A stretch of DNA of 64,000 nucleotides from Diplonema japonicum (GCA_964019335.1 OZ025717.1:248001-312000); one strand, 5' to 3'. Shown: positions 9,374 to 22,049, numbered from the stretch's first letter. The notes: a model not told the origin generated them from the sequence alone. Translations and numbers: made by a program.

Positions 9374-12260
9374 TATGAGTTAAAGGAAGTCTTTGTGAGA
9401 CGCCCCCTTGTTCTCATGCTCTACCTGCACCTATCCCCCTTCAGCAGCGGTTTCTCCTTCTTCGGTGGTCGTGCCGGCCTCCTCCCCAGCTTGGCTACTT
9501 TTTCCCATCTTTCCTTTGCCCATTGCTTCCCCAGCTCCTCCAGGTCGTACTTGGTCTTCGTTGATGCAAAGATTGCTCTTCTACTCCACCCGATCACCGC
9601 CTTCGTCCCTCCGATTGATCGCAGCGTATGTACTCTCTTGCATGGTTCAGCAGGGAAGGCCCTCCTTCCTTTCACCTTCTTCTGCAGTCTCCCTAGTTCC
9701 CATGTGTTCCACACCTTCTTCATCACCGTGTGCAGTCTCCTGGCCTTCTGTCGCACCTCTGCCAACTCCCCTAGCTTCCCTCCAAGGGATTTCTGGGTCA
9801 CGTTTTCGAAATCCAGCGCCAGCTCCACCGTCGACACTGCCGTGCTTCTGTTCCCTCCATACCAGCGCAGCTGCTTGAGCCATTTCAGCACCGGTTTCGT
9901 GTACTCCTTCAGGGTGTTGCCGGTCTGCAGCCTCGCGAACTCCTCCTCTGTTGGTGCTGGGTGTGCCTCCCCCTCCGTGATCTCCAGCCATTGGTGTGTC
10001 CGGTAGATCTGCTGCCTCTTTGCCTGCAAGGCTGCGTCGCGTTCCCCCACCACAGCCAGCAGGTAACGCTGGGTCTTCTCGAGCCTGTCCTTGTCCTCCT
10101 TGGCCGCTTCCCTCGGGAGGATGCCATGGAGCCTCATGCACGGTTCTAGGCCTGTTCGTGTCGTGCCTGCATGTGCCTCCCGTTGCCCTACTTCGACACG
10201 TCCTGCTGCCTCTGCTCCGCCAGCAGCCCCGCCTCTCTTTCTTCTTCGTCTTCTGAGTCGTCTCGGGAATCTTCTTCGTCCACCTCCTCCTCCGTCGGTG
10301 GGATGTGTGCCACTGCGTCCGTCCGCCATCCCCGTGGGTGGATGTAGAAAACCGCGCCTGTGATCACCCTGCGTAGGTTCCTTGCTGCGATGGGGTCCGA
10401 CGACGCCAGCTTCCCCCATAGCTCGTTTGTCTCGACAGCGGCTGCTGTCGCCATTCCTTTCATGGTGCTCCGTTTTCCCATGATGGCCTCCGCTTCACCA
10501 CGCCTGAGCTTGTCTCTGATGTAGTGTCGGAACCGCTCCTTCTCCATGGCCATGGTGTCCTTCAGCTGGTCCCAGGTTGCTTGCACCATGGGTAGCCACC
10601 TCTGCTTCAGGTTTCCCACCAGGCCCAGCGCCTTCTTCCCTTCCCGGTACAGCTTTGCGATGTCGTTGCAGCGTGCCCACAATTGGTCGTCCTTCCTGCA
10701 TGCCCTGTACATGAGCATCAGTGCTTTGTAGGCTGCTGTCATCTTCGGGTGGTGTGTGTCACGGAGAGTACTGCGCCGGGGCTCCGCGTGCGATACCTCT
10801 GGCCCCACAGCGTGTATGTCGTCTCCATCACCAGGAGTTCCATCATCCCCGTCCTTGGCGGTGAGAAGGGGGCGTCGTACAGGCAGCTTGGCAGCAGTGT
10901 GGAGCTGATGATCCGCGCCTTCTGCTGGAAGGACAGCGGGGTCGCCCCCAGCCTGCTCAACGTCTTCATCGCTTCCTTGGCCCTGTCGTTGTTGTATTGC
11001 TGCTGGCCGTCCGTCCGCAGCTTGGCTCCCAGCACCTCCACTGTCCGCACTGCCTGCAGCACTTCACCGTCCACCTTCACTTCCGGTGCCTTGGCGCCTG
11101 TCGTAAAGGTTTTGGTTTTCTTTACGTTTAGCTTCATGCCAACCATTTTGCAGAAGTCCTCCACCGCCTCCACCCCCTTCTGCAGTGCTGCCGCGAGTTG
11201 TGCCAGAAGGTACGCGTCGTCAGCGTACGACAACGAGCGGACCCCCGTGCCGTCCTCTACCTGTTTCATCAGCACTGCCAGTAACGCGTTGATGAGTACC
11301 ACAGATATGGGGCACCCTTGTAGGATTCCATTTGTCGTGTGGAACTCCTCTCCAACGCCCGTGGCGTACCTGAAACGTCTCCGCATGCCCGCGTACATCC
11401 CCTTCAGCGCCCTTAGAATGCCCGTCTCCATGCCCATGTCCTCCACCAGCTCCATCACTAGTTGCTGCGGTACGCTGTCGAAACACTTCGCAAAGTCAAG
11501 TGCCACCCCGACCAGCGGTTTCCCTTCGAGTAGAGATTCCTCGATGTCCAGGGCGAGGTCCATTAGCGCGTCCTCTGTCCCGAAGCCTGTGCGGAATCCG
11601 TACTGCTTGTCGTGTACCCACTTCTCCTGCCAGAGAAGGATGTCTGCCAGTCGCGTGCATGCCCAAAGTCTGTACACCGCTGATGTCACCGTGATGGGTC
11701 TGTGCTCCAGCGGTCCCGCGTCGTCGCATTTTGGTACGAGTGTGACCAGCGCCGTCTTCACGGCCTCTGGCCATCTCCCGGTTGCTTCGATCGCTTGGAA
11801 GAGCTGAGCCCAGGCGTCCAACACCGACTCTGGTAGTTTGCGTAGCTCCAGCATCCTCCACCCGTCTATGCCTGCTGCGCTTCTCTTGCTCTTCCTTGCG
11901 AGTACCTCTCTCAGCCTCGCTCCCGTGAGCTGCGTCTTCGTCATCTCATGCCGTTGTATAAACTTGCCATACTTTGCCTTGAAGGGGGCGAAGGGGGGTT
12001 CCGACTTGTTTTCGTACTTCGAGAAGACGCTCTTCCAGGCTTTGCGCATGACTGCGTCGATCTTCGCAGGGTCTGCCACTAGTAACTTCCCATCCTTGAC
12101 TGCCCTGGTCCCATCGCTCTGGCGTTTTCCTCTTGCTACTGTCACCAGCTTGGCCGTTTCTCTTCCCGATGCCACCTCAGCCAGGTATTCCCGTCTTCGC
12201 GTCGTGTTCGACTCGGTCCTCTTCCTCCGTTCTTGCGCTGCCACGGCGTCCTCCTTGTCT
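9374..12260 (-). mobile_element. 5'-truncated, frameshifted non-LTR retrotransposon (RT plus C-terminal region)
   Basis: ORF 10739-12244 has LINE RT motifs (HRPITV, QYGFR, LDFAKCFDSV, GILQGCPIS, YADD, LNVKKT). Reading continues in shifted frames (10188-10808, 9421-10419). AATAAATA flanks both sides (9366-9373, 12261-12268) as a putative TSD. No endonuclease domain visible. Confidence 0.88.
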
Positions 12261-12969
12261 AATAAATAAGAAAGGAAGACTTAGTACACTGGAGCACAGA
12301 CACATAATGTGACGGGGTCGAAAAGTGAAGATCTTTTTCATTTCTTCTTTCAAACCAGAGGAATGAAACACTACCCCACGCGTCATGGCTTATATTGGCT
12401 TCTATCCAACTCTTTAACCCTTTTTTAAGTTTCCCTTTTAAGGTTGCATTCTGTAAGAGGTAGGGCGAGCACCCATTATTTAAAAAAGGGCTTGGCCACC
12501 CAACACTCTACTTAGAATATGCTGCAACGGAGGGCTTTCATAGACTAGGGAAAGGTTCCCCCAGATAAAAGGTAAGGGCTAATAAGATCTCTTAAGCCAC
12601 ATTTTTTTTTTTTTTTTTTTTTGAAAACTTGTTGTTTCGTTTGGAAAAAAAAAAAAAAAAAGAAAAAAAAACAAAAAAAACTCTACGATGGGGAGAGAAG
12701 TGTTTACACCTGCCCACCATACACAGTGACATGCACAAAGGAACGAGTTCAGGTGGGGGGAGTGAGAGTGTCACAGTCCGTCCACACGTGGGGAGCTTGC
12801 CCCACGTGAAGCAGTGACGACACTTACACCTTGACCCAGCAGTAGCAGAGCTGCAAAAGTCAGATTGGGTGCGTGGCGTAACAACAAGTTCTAGTTTTTT
12901 TTTTCTTCTCCCCCTTCTTTTTTTTTGTGAAATCAAAACGAAGGAAAGAACAAGAAAAAAAAAAAAAAA

Positions 12970-13192
12970 AGAGACATTTAAGGGTACCTGCGGTATGTGG
13001 CAGGACGCCAAAAAAAGGGGGGGGGGGGCGCTTCATATCTCTAAAACCCGCCACAACATTTTTACAAAAACTCTCTTGGGAAGAATAGGAAGACTTTTTT
13101 TTTTTTTCTTTTTTTTTTCCCCGATGCTTTCCAAAATTCCCTTAGAGCAACTCCAGGATTTGACCAGTGCGGGTTTCAGAGACAAGAGGGCG
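12970..13192. repeat. MITE-like relic: 40-bp motif plus internal inverted repeat
   Basis: 40-bp motif at 12970-13009; CGCTTCATATCTCTAAAACCCGC (13029-13051) is inverted to 13169-13192. Confidence 0.6.
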
Positions 13193-14804
13193 TGAAATAA
13201 AAATAAGGGCAACCAAACCAAAACATAATAGACAAAAGGGGAGGGGTGAAGAGAAAAAAATGACTAGTTTGGCGCATTTGTTTGTGCGCACGAGATTTTT
13301 ACCTACTAAAATAGCTCACTACGCTGCCATCAACTAGTTTTTAGTCTCGATAATAATATTGTTAAAAAAAAAAAAGTCACTTGAACAAGAGCCCTGCGGC
13401 CTATAAAAAAAGAGAGGAGTTTGTTTCCCCTATTCTTCCTTGCTCCCGATGCACTTCGATACTTACTTCTGTGTGCTGACGCACTAGTCTTTTGTCGACA
13501 ACCAGAAGAAAAAAAAGAAGAAAAAAAAAAAGAATGCTGAATAAAATCAACTAACTGAGCTGTCAGGGGTTGTACTGAAGTTGTACTGGAAGAAGGAATA
13601 CAAAACAAAGAAAAAGTAACCTTTATTCTTATTTTTTTTTTTTTTAAACTGAGACTTCAGATGGTGTTAGGTAAAAAAAAAAAAAAAAAAAAAAAAAAGA
13701 AGAGAGAGAAAAAAAAATATTTTTCGGTTGCGTTCCTAAAAAAAAAACTGTGATGAGAGGAGGAAAAATATAAAGGCGTTAGGTAGTAAAACAGCGCACA
13801 AAGAAATATCAAACACCTTCACACAAAAAAAAAAAAAAAAAAAAAAAATAGAAAGGGTTTCACTTGACATGGAGGATGTTTCTCCATCTCTTTCTTTTTT
13901 CCCCTTTGTCTTTCGCTTCATTTCTTTTCCTTGTGTCCACACCTCTTTTTAAAGAAGAAACACTTAGCATTCCTGAAAAGAAACCAGGAATTGCTTTACA
14001 AAACCCCCACTTCGCTTTACAGGTTTGACTGAAAGACACAGAGGGCTAAGAATAGAAAGCGACAGATAAAGATCCGCTCTCGGACCCAGTACTTTTCCCT
14101 TTTCAAAGATGAGTGGTATAACGAAGGTGAAAAGGGGAGGGGGGGGGAAAAGAAACATAGCGCATCATTGATTTTACCTATTCAATATAAAGGGAAGAGT
14201 TTATTTTTTTTATTTATAAAGGCTGTGTTGCCTTTCTTTCTCGAATGTCTTCCTTTTAAAATAATTAAAAAAAAAGAGATTCTTTATGACTTATGTCTTT
14301 GTTGTTTCGCAACGAGCAAACAAAAAAAAAAAGAGAGAAAAAACCTACATTTTTTTTTTTTTTTTTTTTTTTTTTGCTCGGCACAAGTTGCACAAGGTAA
14401 TAAAATCCAAAAAAAATTTTAAAAGTGTAACAAAAAAAAAAAAGAAAAAGAAATACAGTAAGTGAAGTGGGGCATCACCCGATACCAATTATACTGTAGA
14501 ACCGGGGAGGGGAGGGGTATTTTTTTTTTTGTTTTGTTTTTTTTTTCCCTTCTTTTTTTTCTTTTCATTCTTTTTCTTTCTTCGCCAAATAAAATAAAAA
14601 ATAAAAAAAACATAAAATAAATAAAACTGTTCTTTTTCTTTTTTTTCTTTTTGACTTTTTCTTCTTCCCTTTTTTTTCCAAATGATTCCTCGGCCGTGGG
14701 GGGGGGCGGCGGCTTTTTTTCTCTCATTTCTTTTTCTTTCTCCCCATGGATTCTGGAGGAGCCGTTTCGTTATTATTATTAAATTATTTTTTTTTTTCAA
14801 TTTC

Positions 14805-17800
14805 TTACACAAGAATAGGAGCACAGAGGTCACTAGAATTCGGACCCCGTGACCTAGAAGGAATAGAGGGTCGGCCCCTTCCGCTTGAAGAGAAATCAAT
14901 AGAGTGCATAGAGGTTTCTCCATGGTTTCGCGAAATCTTGGAAGATGAGTGCTGTGAACTGTCCAATCCACTTTCAAAGGGCCTAGGGGTTAATCTCTTA
15001 AGACTTAACGAATCACTCCCCGGGGACTCTACTGCGTTTTCGAAGTCCAAAAATTCCTGCACCGGGTGCGCCTCAAGAAGCTCCTCAGAATACCCTGCAT
15101 CGCTGTTCTGGAGCTCCTTCACACTGCCCTGCTCCGCATGTTCCTTCGCCTGCATGTAGTTGTCAAAGCACGCACTCGAAATCTCAAGAACAGTTTTCAA
15201 AATCATGGTCCCCAGCGAACCGTACAAACAATATACAGCAAGGCGGGAGGCGGTCGATTGAGGGGACGTGCCGTATAGATGGATCACGATGAACAGCACA
15301 GCAAGCGTTTGAAGAACAGCTGTACTAATCGACGCGAAATTATTCGCGACAGAATGATACGGGCGTCTAAATATCAAAATGCACAGGTAGACAAGATACA
15401 GCAGAAGAACCGTGAACAGCTGTACACGACACATTAAGTCGGACTTTGCTTCGATACCGTCAACCAGTGCAAGGGCCGTCACGAACCCCACCTCCACCAA
15501 CATGAACCGGTAGGCCCGCGGCCAGAAATCGTGAAACAGCAACCCGTACCTCCACACGTAAGTGGCGTCTTTTTGGCTCCCGTAGTCCCCCACCCCTACC
15601 AGGATCTGCATCATCTTCCCGCACATTGACGTCGGTGGATCGTACTTCACAAAATCGCCCTGAAAGACACTTGGCCTCACCACATGGTACACAAGGCCCA
15701 CCACACTCCCGTTGTATAGTACGATGCACATTAATGCAAGTAGCTTTCCCGAGAACTGCGGTTCGTGGACTAACAGATGCATGCCGGACTCCAGTGTTGT
15801 CTGGTAGAAGAACATTGCTGGGAGGAACGAGTACGACGGGAACCTGCACGTGGACGCTGCAGCAAGGAAGCTGGCCTTCGCATCGCTGCGTCTTCTGTAC
15901 ACGTACAACGCATACGAGACGAGGAAATGGAAGCCCACCACCATTGCCACGAAGATGCTGTTTCCTAGTACTGCACCTGCGAACAGAGGCTGTCTGTAAT
16001 CGCCGAGAGACAAGTGGAAGATGTTCTCTGTTCTGGTTAAGTCCGCGCCCGTCACCTCGACAGGGCACTCCAACAAGTGCAGCAACGCCCCTGTCTTCCC
16101 ACTTCCCGTTCCTCCGATGCTTGAAATGGCGGTGAACTTGTTCTTCTCGTCTTGGTCAACAGTCGGGACTGCGTCTATATGGTACTTCACATCGATGGGC
16201 TCCCCCACACTGTTCGTTGCGCTCGCCTTCACATGAACTGCTACGCTTGTAGACGATTTGAGTGACAGGTCCTCCGACGACCAGACGCTGATCACCAGCT
16301 GCCCTTTGTCGTTGATGACAGGTTTTCCGAACTGCAGCTTTGCGCTGCCGGGCTTGAGCACGATGTCTGCGTCCTCTTCTGTTCCCACCTTCAAGTCTGT
16401 CCTCCAATTTGCGTTCTCCAGCTCCAGCACAATAGATGCTGTCTCGTTGTTCACCTGTGCTGTCGAGTGGCGTTGCTTCACATGAACTTTGTAGTATAGT
16501 GTGGTGGGCTCAGGTGATGGCGCCGTGGTCTGTGGGGCTGCAGTAGGCAACGCGGTCACTGGTGGTAGTGTCGCAGGTGCGGATGTGGGCTGGGCCGTCG
16601 GTGGGGCGAACGTTGAAGGGGCTTGCGTGGGCTCTGAAGTTGCAGGGGCTTGTGTAGCAGGTGCTTGCGTTCGTGGTACAGGCGTAATGGGAACAAGAGT
16701 TTTAGGTGCAGAGGTTGTGGGAACTAATGTGTTAGGTACTGGAGTAGCAGGTGCACCTGTGGCTGGTGCATCGGTGGCCGGTGCTTCCGTGGCTGGAGAG
16801 TCTGTAGGTGCTCCTGTGGCTGGCGCGTCTGTGGACGGTGCTCCTGTAGCTGGCGCTCCCGTAGCTGGTGCTCCCGTAGCTGGTGCTCCTGTAGCTGGTG
16901 CTCCTGTAGCTGGAGCTCCTGTGGCTGGCGCTCCTGTAGCTGGTGCTCCTGTGGCTGGCGCTCTTGTAGCTGGTGCTCCTGTAGCAGGCGCTCCTGTAGT
17001 TGGCGCTCTTGTAGCTGGTGCTCCTGTAGCAGGCGCTCCCGTGGCTGGTGCTCCCGTGGCTGGCGCTCCTGTAGCAGGCGCTCCCGTGGCTGGTGCTCCT
17101 GTAGCAGGCGCTCCCGTAGTTGGCGCTCCTGTGGCTGGTGCTCCCGTAGCTGGTGCTCCTGTAGCTGGCGCTCCTGTAGCTGGTGCTCCCGTAGCTGGCG
17201 CTCCTGTAGTTGGCGCTCCTGTGGCTGGTGCTCCTGTAGCTGGCGCTCCTGTAGCTGGAGCTCCTGTGGCTGGCGCTCCTGTAGCTGGCGCTCCTGTGGC
17301 TGGTGCTCCCGTAGTTGGCGCTCCTGTAGCTGGCGCTCCTGTAGTTGGCGCTCCCGTAGCTGGCGCTCCTGTAGTTGGCGCTCCTGTGGCTGGTGCTCCT
17401 GTAGCTGGCGCTCCTGTGGCTGGTGCTCCTGTAGCTGGCGCTCCTGTAGCTGGCGCTCCTGTAGCTGGCGCTCCTGTAGCTGGAGCTCCTGTAGCTGGTG
17501 CTCCTGTGGCTGGTGCTCCCGTAGTTGGTGCTCCTGTAGTTGGCGCTCCCGTAGCTGGTGCTCCTGTAGCTGGCGCTCCCGTAGTTGGCGCTCCTGTAGC
17601 TGGCGCTCCCGTAGCTGGTGCTCCTGTAGCTGGCGCTCCCGTAGATGGCGCTCCTGTAGCTGGCGCTCCCGTGGCTGGTGCTCCCGTAGCTGGTGCTCCT
17701 GTGGCTGGTGCTCCCGTAGTTGGCGCTCCTGTAGCTGGAGCTCCTGTAGTTGGCGCTCCCGTAGCTGGTGCTCCTGTAGCTGGCGCTCCCGTAGTTGGCG

Positions 17801-19157
17801 CTCCTGTGGCTGGCGCTCCTGTAGCTGGCGCTCCCGTGGCTGGTGCTCCCGTAGCTGGTGCTCCCGTAGCTGGCGCTCCTGTAGCTGGCGCCCCTGTGGC
17901 TGGTGCTCCTGTGGCTGGCGCTCCCGTAGCTGGTGCTCCTGTGGCCGGCGCATCTGTGGCTGGTACTCCTGTAGCTGGCGCTCCTGTAGCCGGCGCATCT
18001 GTGGGTACGGCTGTGGCCGGTGCGTCTGTGTCTGGCACAAGCGTTTGAGGGAAAGCCCACCTGTAGCAGAGATGGTTAAAGGGAGTATTGCAGTCGAAAT
18101 CAAGAAGCCCAGGCCCGTCATTATGTTCGTACCTGGCACACGTTGTAGTTACCTTGTTGGGCTGCACCGAAGACTCGCAGTCACCGCCGACTGCAAACCA
18201 CTGGTTCTGCCTGTGACGAGCATCGCCGCACCAAATCGGTGTATAATCCATGGGCGTCCCGTCCACCCACTCCCAGTTAGAAGCGGCAGCAGTGAGGTTG
18301 CTTCTAGGACCTGGAGCAGAGATACCTATCCAGAAGCCTGCAGTGGGGCTGGCTTGACTGTAGAAGAGGTCGTCCCAAGCGTTGTGGACACTGACAAGCT
18401 CCCCATCAGGAACGCACTTGTTTTTGTCAAAGACGTCTGTGCCTGCAAACCAGTGGCACTTCCCGTCAAAGAAAAAATGGCCAGTACCTGTACAAGGATA
18501 GATGCCGGTATGGATCGTGACCCCGTAGAGGCGGGAGACGGGCCGCATGGTGTTGCCAGTGTTGACCATTCCATGGTTGAAAGTGCAACCAACGGTCAAG
18601 TGGGTGGGGGATATGTTAGGGTATGTAGAGATGCTCGTTTGCTTAATGCCGTTAAGCCAACTTGTCAACTTGTCTGTAGTGTCATCGAAGTAAAAGGCGT
18701 AGTGGTTCCACTGATCATCACCCCTGTTAATGTAAGAGGCAATTGTACCACCAGTCTCGTACATTGAGAGGTCCAGCCTGTTAGTGTTTCCGTTAACTAC
18801 TAAAAAGATGCTTGGGTTCGAACCTGCAGTAGCCCAGCCAAAAACAGCCTGGCTACTGCTGCCCCCCGTGCCTTTTGTCCTGAGCCATAAGGAGATCATG
18901 ATGGGCTGGTTCAAATGGATGTCGCTGTTTACAGGAATATGTGCGCATGCGTCGGCCCCCCCGTCGTATTTCGCTATCGAATCCTTCACAAAAGACCCTG
19001 GAGCAAAGCTCACCCCACTCTGCACTGTTAAGTCATTCCCATTCCCCGAAGCGTCGTTCCCTGTTCCATCTACGTACCACTCTGCCACTTTCTCAAAGCC
19101 CACTACCGTTCGTGTTGCATGCAACAGGAACAATACTGTGAAGATTCTTAATGTCAT
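14805..19157 (-). CDS. Surface protein A: signal peptide, LamG/ConA-like, C-type lectin, (ATGAP)n mucin stalk, extra domain, 7TM
   Basis: First ATG at 19157 (MTLRIF). DASGNG and WNHYAF LamG-like motifs; CTLD motifs (FWIG, WEWVDGT, C...LC); seven hydrophobic segments with YGLLF...RPY...N pattern. Confidence 0.8.
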   Translation of the reverse strand: MTLRIFTVLFLLHATRTVVGFEKVAEWYVDGTGNDASGNGNDLTVQSGVSFAPGSFVKDSIAKYDGGADACAHIPVNSDIHLNQPIMISLWLRTKGTGGSSSQAVFGWATAGSNPSIFLVVNGNTNRLDLSMYETGGTIASYINRGDDQWNHYAFYFDDTTDKLTSWLNGIKQTSISTYPNISPTHLTVGCTFNHGMVNTGNTMRPVSRLYGVTIHTGIYPCTGTGHFFFDGKCHWFAGTDVFDKNKCVPDGELVSVHNAWDDLFYSQASPTAGFWIGISAPGPRSNLTAAASNWEWVDGTPMDYTPIWCGDARHRQNQWFAVGGDCESSVQPNKVTTTCARYEHNDGPGLLDFDCNTPFNHLCYRWAFPQTLVPDTDAPATAVPTDAPATGAPATGVPATDAPATGAPATGAPATGAPATGAPATGAPATGAPATGAPATGAPATGAPATGAPTTGAPATGAPATGAPTTGAPATGAPTTGAPATGAPATGAPATGAPATGAPSTGAPATGAPATGAPATGAPTTGAPATGAPATGAPTTGAPTTGAPATGAPATGAPATGAPATGAPATGAPATGAPATGAPATGAPATGAPTTGAPATGAPTTGAPATGAPTTGAPATGAPATGAPATGAPATGAPATGAPATGAPTTGAPATGAPATGAPATGAPATGAPATGAPTTGAPATGAPATGAPATGAPATGAPATGAPATGAPATRAPTTGAPATGAPATRAPATGAPATGAPATGAPATGAPATGAPATGAPATGAPATGAPSTDAPATGAPTDSPATEAPATDAPATGAPATPVPNTLVPTTSAPKTLVPITPVPRTQAPATQAPATSEPTQAPSTFAPPTAQPTSAPATLPPVTALPTAAPQTTAPSPEPTTLYYKVHVKQRHSTAQVNNETASIVLELENANWRTDLKVGTEEDADIVLKPGSAKLQFGKPVINDKGQLVISVWSSEDLSLKSSTSVAVHVKASATNSVGEPIDVKYHIDAVPTVDQDEKNKFTAISSIGGTGSGKTGALLHLLECPVEVTGADLTRTENIFHLSLGDYRQPLFAGAVLGNSIFVAMVVGFHFLVSYALYVYRRRSDAKASFLAAASTCRFPSYSFLPAMFFYQTTLESGMHLLVHEPQFSGKLLALMCIVLYNGSVVGLVYHVVRPSVFQGDFVKYDPPTSMCGKMMQILVGVGDYGSQKDATYVWRYGLLFHDFWPRAYRFMLVEVGFVTALALVDGIEAKSDLMCRVQLFTVLLLYLVYLCILIFRRPYHSVANNFASISTAVLQTLAVLFIVIHLYGTSPQSTASRLAVYCLYGSLGTMILKTVLEISSACFDNYMQAKEHAEQGSVKELQNSDAGYSEELLEAHPVQEFLDFENAVESPGSDSLSLKRLTPRPFESGLDSSQHSSSKISRNHGETSMHSIDFSSSGRGRPSIPSRSRGPNSSDLCAPILV
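16830..18000. repeat. Coding 15-bp minisatellite (about 80 x ATGAP)
   Basis: (GCTCCYGTRGCTGGY)n with mostly synonymous variation and occasional [10 protein letters not shown] units. Confidence 0.95.
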
Positions 19158-19605
19158 GTTTTGATTTTTTTTTTTGTTTCTTTCGAACACTTTCTTCCTC
19201 TCTTTTCTCCCCCCCTCCCTCCCCTCTCTTTCCCTCTCCCCTCCTTTTTTTATAATTTATTATTGGCGAAGAATGGAAAAAAACAAGAAGGGAAAATAAA
19301 ACAAGAAGCAAGAAGGGAGGGGGGGGGGTTCCATTTAGAACATGTTTTGAAGGTCTTTCTCCTTCTGTTCCAAGCCGGCCCGAACATTATATGTGTGCCC
19401 CCTTCCCCCGTTCTGAAGGCATTTTCACTCGTGCTGCCGGGAAAGCTGGCCTCCTACCACCTGCGTGGCGGAGGTCCTCGAGCACGCCGTAGCAAAGGAG
19501 CAAGGGGGCGGAAGAAAGAATGAACACATACTTCATAAAAGTGTGTGATCACTTTATCCTTTTTTCTTTTTTTTGTGATTCGGCAAGGGTGTCCGTTAAA
19601 AAAAA

Positions 19606-19623
<18 letters not shown>

Positions 19624-19653
<30 letters not shown>

Positions 19654-19685
19654 TTAAAGGAGGCCGGTGTTGGCGGCGCCCTGTG
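19624..19685 (-). mobile_element. Extremely 5'-truncated LINE 3' end with (AT)n tail, inserted in poly(A)
   Basis: Shares TCCTTTAACTCATA and an upstream stem-loop with the 3' end of the 9374-12260 element. Confidence 0.6.
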
Positions 19686-19709
19686 AAAAAAAAAAAAAAA
19701 AAAAAAAAA

Positions 19710-19955
19710 AGTGTCTTTGAAGGTAACCTGCAGTATGACAGGATCGCCTAACGACAATCAACCCATCTAGTGTTTGACCCCTTCCGTCGTGGTAGTATGG
19801 TAGTACCTTGGCCCGTGGTAGTACCTATTCAGCAGCTTGGGTGAAATCGACTCGGGGACGCGAAGACCGGACGAGTGGAGTAACCAGTGACGGCACCGCT
19901 GTGGAGCCCTAGGGCGCGCAGTGAGTCTCTGCCGGATGCTGTAGCTTTGGAATCG

Positions 19956-19986
<31 letters not shown>

Positions 19987-20094
19987 GAAAGAGAAAAAAA
20001 AAAAAACGAGTCAGCTAATGGTTTTGTTCAAAAAAAAAAATTTAAAAAAAAAATACACCCGTGTATCTCTAAAACCCTGTTTAGGAAAATTTCG

Positions 20095-20135
<41 letters not shown>

Positions 20136-20360
20136 CTCTGAAGGTTGGCTGAGAAAAAAATTATTCTCAAAAAATTCTAGCGTTCAATCAAGAACCAACC
20201 CCTTCCGGAGGAAGTGTTGTAAGAAGGGTTTTCGAGAGAGGACTCCTTCCAACATTCTACCCCCGGAAAATGCACCAACAAAAACAAAATTCACTGTGAT
20301 ACGAAACGAAGTGGTTAGCAACACAAAGGGTTGCTAAACGGGCTTTAGAGATATGAAGCG
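19710..20360. repeat. MITE-like relic of the same family as 12970-13192
   Basis: Diverged 40-bp motif at 19710-19748; TATCTCTAAAACCCTGTTTAG (about 20064-20084) is inverted to about 20335-20360, which also matches 13029-13050 in reverse complement. Confidence 0.5.
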
Positions 20361-21065
20361 ATATGATGGGGGGGGGGGGGGGGGGAAGAAAGTTAGTGTC
20401 AGAAAAAAAAAACCAAAAGCTGATAGAAACAAAGAGGTAAAAAAATGAAAGAAGAGGGGAACTTTTCCTATAAAAAAAAAAGAACCCACTCCCCCCTTTA
20501 GAAAAAAAGGGAAGGAAATTGTAGGCACGAACGAGTTAAGTGGAAGAAAGGAAGAAACGAAGGATGGGGATGACAGGGGGGGGGTTTTTTTTTCTTCACT
20601 CGAGTAAAGCCCAGTGAAGGAGAGAGGGAAAAAAAAAAAAAAAAAAAGATAAAATAGCTAACTACAATTACTCCCTTTTTTTTTCTTCTTCCTCTTCTTT
20701 TATTTGACATTTATGCATGGAAGAGGGTGCATTGTGACGCACCAGGGATATTGTGAAAATCAAAAGAAAAATACGAATTGAAATGGGGATCAGGAACGGT
20801 ATTTTTTTTCCGGTGGCCAAAACCACTTTTGATGTGAATTCTTTTTTTTTTTTTTTTTTTCCATCCACCCCTGTCCTATCGTTAGAAAGCAAAATGACTG
20901 TTTTGTCTTTTTCTTCGTTGCGCTGGGGAGGGGGGGGCGGGGGAAGAATACTTAAGAAAGGTTCTTTTCATAATATAATTTCTTTTTGATGAAAAAGGGA
21001 GAACTGCCTGCAACGATGTAACGGGGTAATCTACAGATCACAGGACAGAGCCCTCTAAGCATAAT

Positions 21066-21104
<39 letters not shown>

Positions 21105-21106
21105 TA

Positions 21107-21666
21107 TAACTCCAGTCAGATTTTCAAGGGTGGGAGTGAATATAATATTTCACATTATTTCACGCTTCACTTTATTTTCATTGCAGATTTCAGGCTTGTT
21201 TTAGGAAGAAAACAGGGGCAGAAATGAAAATTACTTTATGAGTGAATATAAAGTACTTTATATTCACGCTTGCCCTATTTTCACTGCACAGCAAGGGTTG
21301 GGGGCGAAAACACGGAAAAGGAATCACCGAAGTGGTTACCACACAGGCCCCTTGTTTTGGAAACCCCGGTTCGAATCTGGGAATCTCACTTTTTACGTCA
21401 CTCAAGGATCTGGTCGCCTCTCTCAACAGAAGGGGAGAGAGGTGGGCTTGGCAAGCCAGCAGCGGTGACAGCTGCTAGTGGGGCAACCTCAGCAACCCAG
21501 GCAGCAGCCCCACAGGTCCAGACCGAGGTCCTGTCAGCACCCATGGACGCACAGCCCGCACCACACAAGATATGCCTTGACAATCAATATCAACCATAAG
21601 CACCCCCAATAAAATTTGTAACTTGTAACCTGTAATGCCCCACCCTTTCAAATCTGACTGACGTTA
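21107..21666. mobile_element. Non-autonomous DNA transposon (MITE), about 30-bp TIRs, TA flanks
   Basis: Left end TAACTCCAGTCAGATTTTCAAGGGTGGG; right end reverse complement TAACGTCAGTCAGATTTGAAAGGGTGGG. Confidence 0.75.
21320..21388 (+). pseudogene. tRNA-like (pseudo-tRNA or SINE head) sequence
   Basis: AGTGGTTA D-loop/A-box-like motif (21331-21338) and an intact T arm CCCGG-TTCGAAT-CTGGG (21365-21381); no convincing acceptor or anticodon stem. Confidence 0.5.
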
Positions 21667-21679
21667 AATAAAACAACGG

Positions 21680-21845
21680 ATTTAGTGAAAATAGATCCGA
21701 TTTTCACTTGTGGTGGCATGTTTAACTCGTTGATGTTACATACAGACATTCATGACTGCACTCGCTTCGCTCGTGAAGTCATATACCCACTCGTTAAACC
21801 ACTGCCACCACGCGTGAAAATCATACGATCTTATTTTCACTAAAT
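21680..21845. mobile_element. Short fold-back (palindromic) element
   Basis: About 50-bp imperfect arms (ATTTAGTGAAAATA...ATTTTCAC..GTGGTGGCA..TTTAAC) inverted around a central CACTCGCTTCGCTCGTG. Confidence 0.7.
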
Positions 21846-22017
21846 AAATAGTTATTTTTTTTTTCCGTTCTGTTTTTGCACGAACTATGTGCTGGCAGCG
21901 AACTGGTGTTGGGTCACCCGCAATATTCGAAGAAAAAAAAAAAAAAAAGAAAAAGAAAAAAGGAAAAAGACTCGTACTACAATTTGCTTTCTTTTGGCGG
22001 GAAGTAAGTCGGTTTTT

Positions 22018-22049
<32 letters not shown>

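Noticed and set aside
19397-19510. Nested hairpin resembling an HDV-like (L1Tc Pr77-type) ribozyme
   Set aside because: Only 2 nt separate the putative P1 and P3, so P2 and the double pseudoknot cannot form; a plain hairpin at most.
21320-21388. Functional tRNA gene
   Set aside because: T arm is good but the acceptor, D and anticodon stems do not pair.
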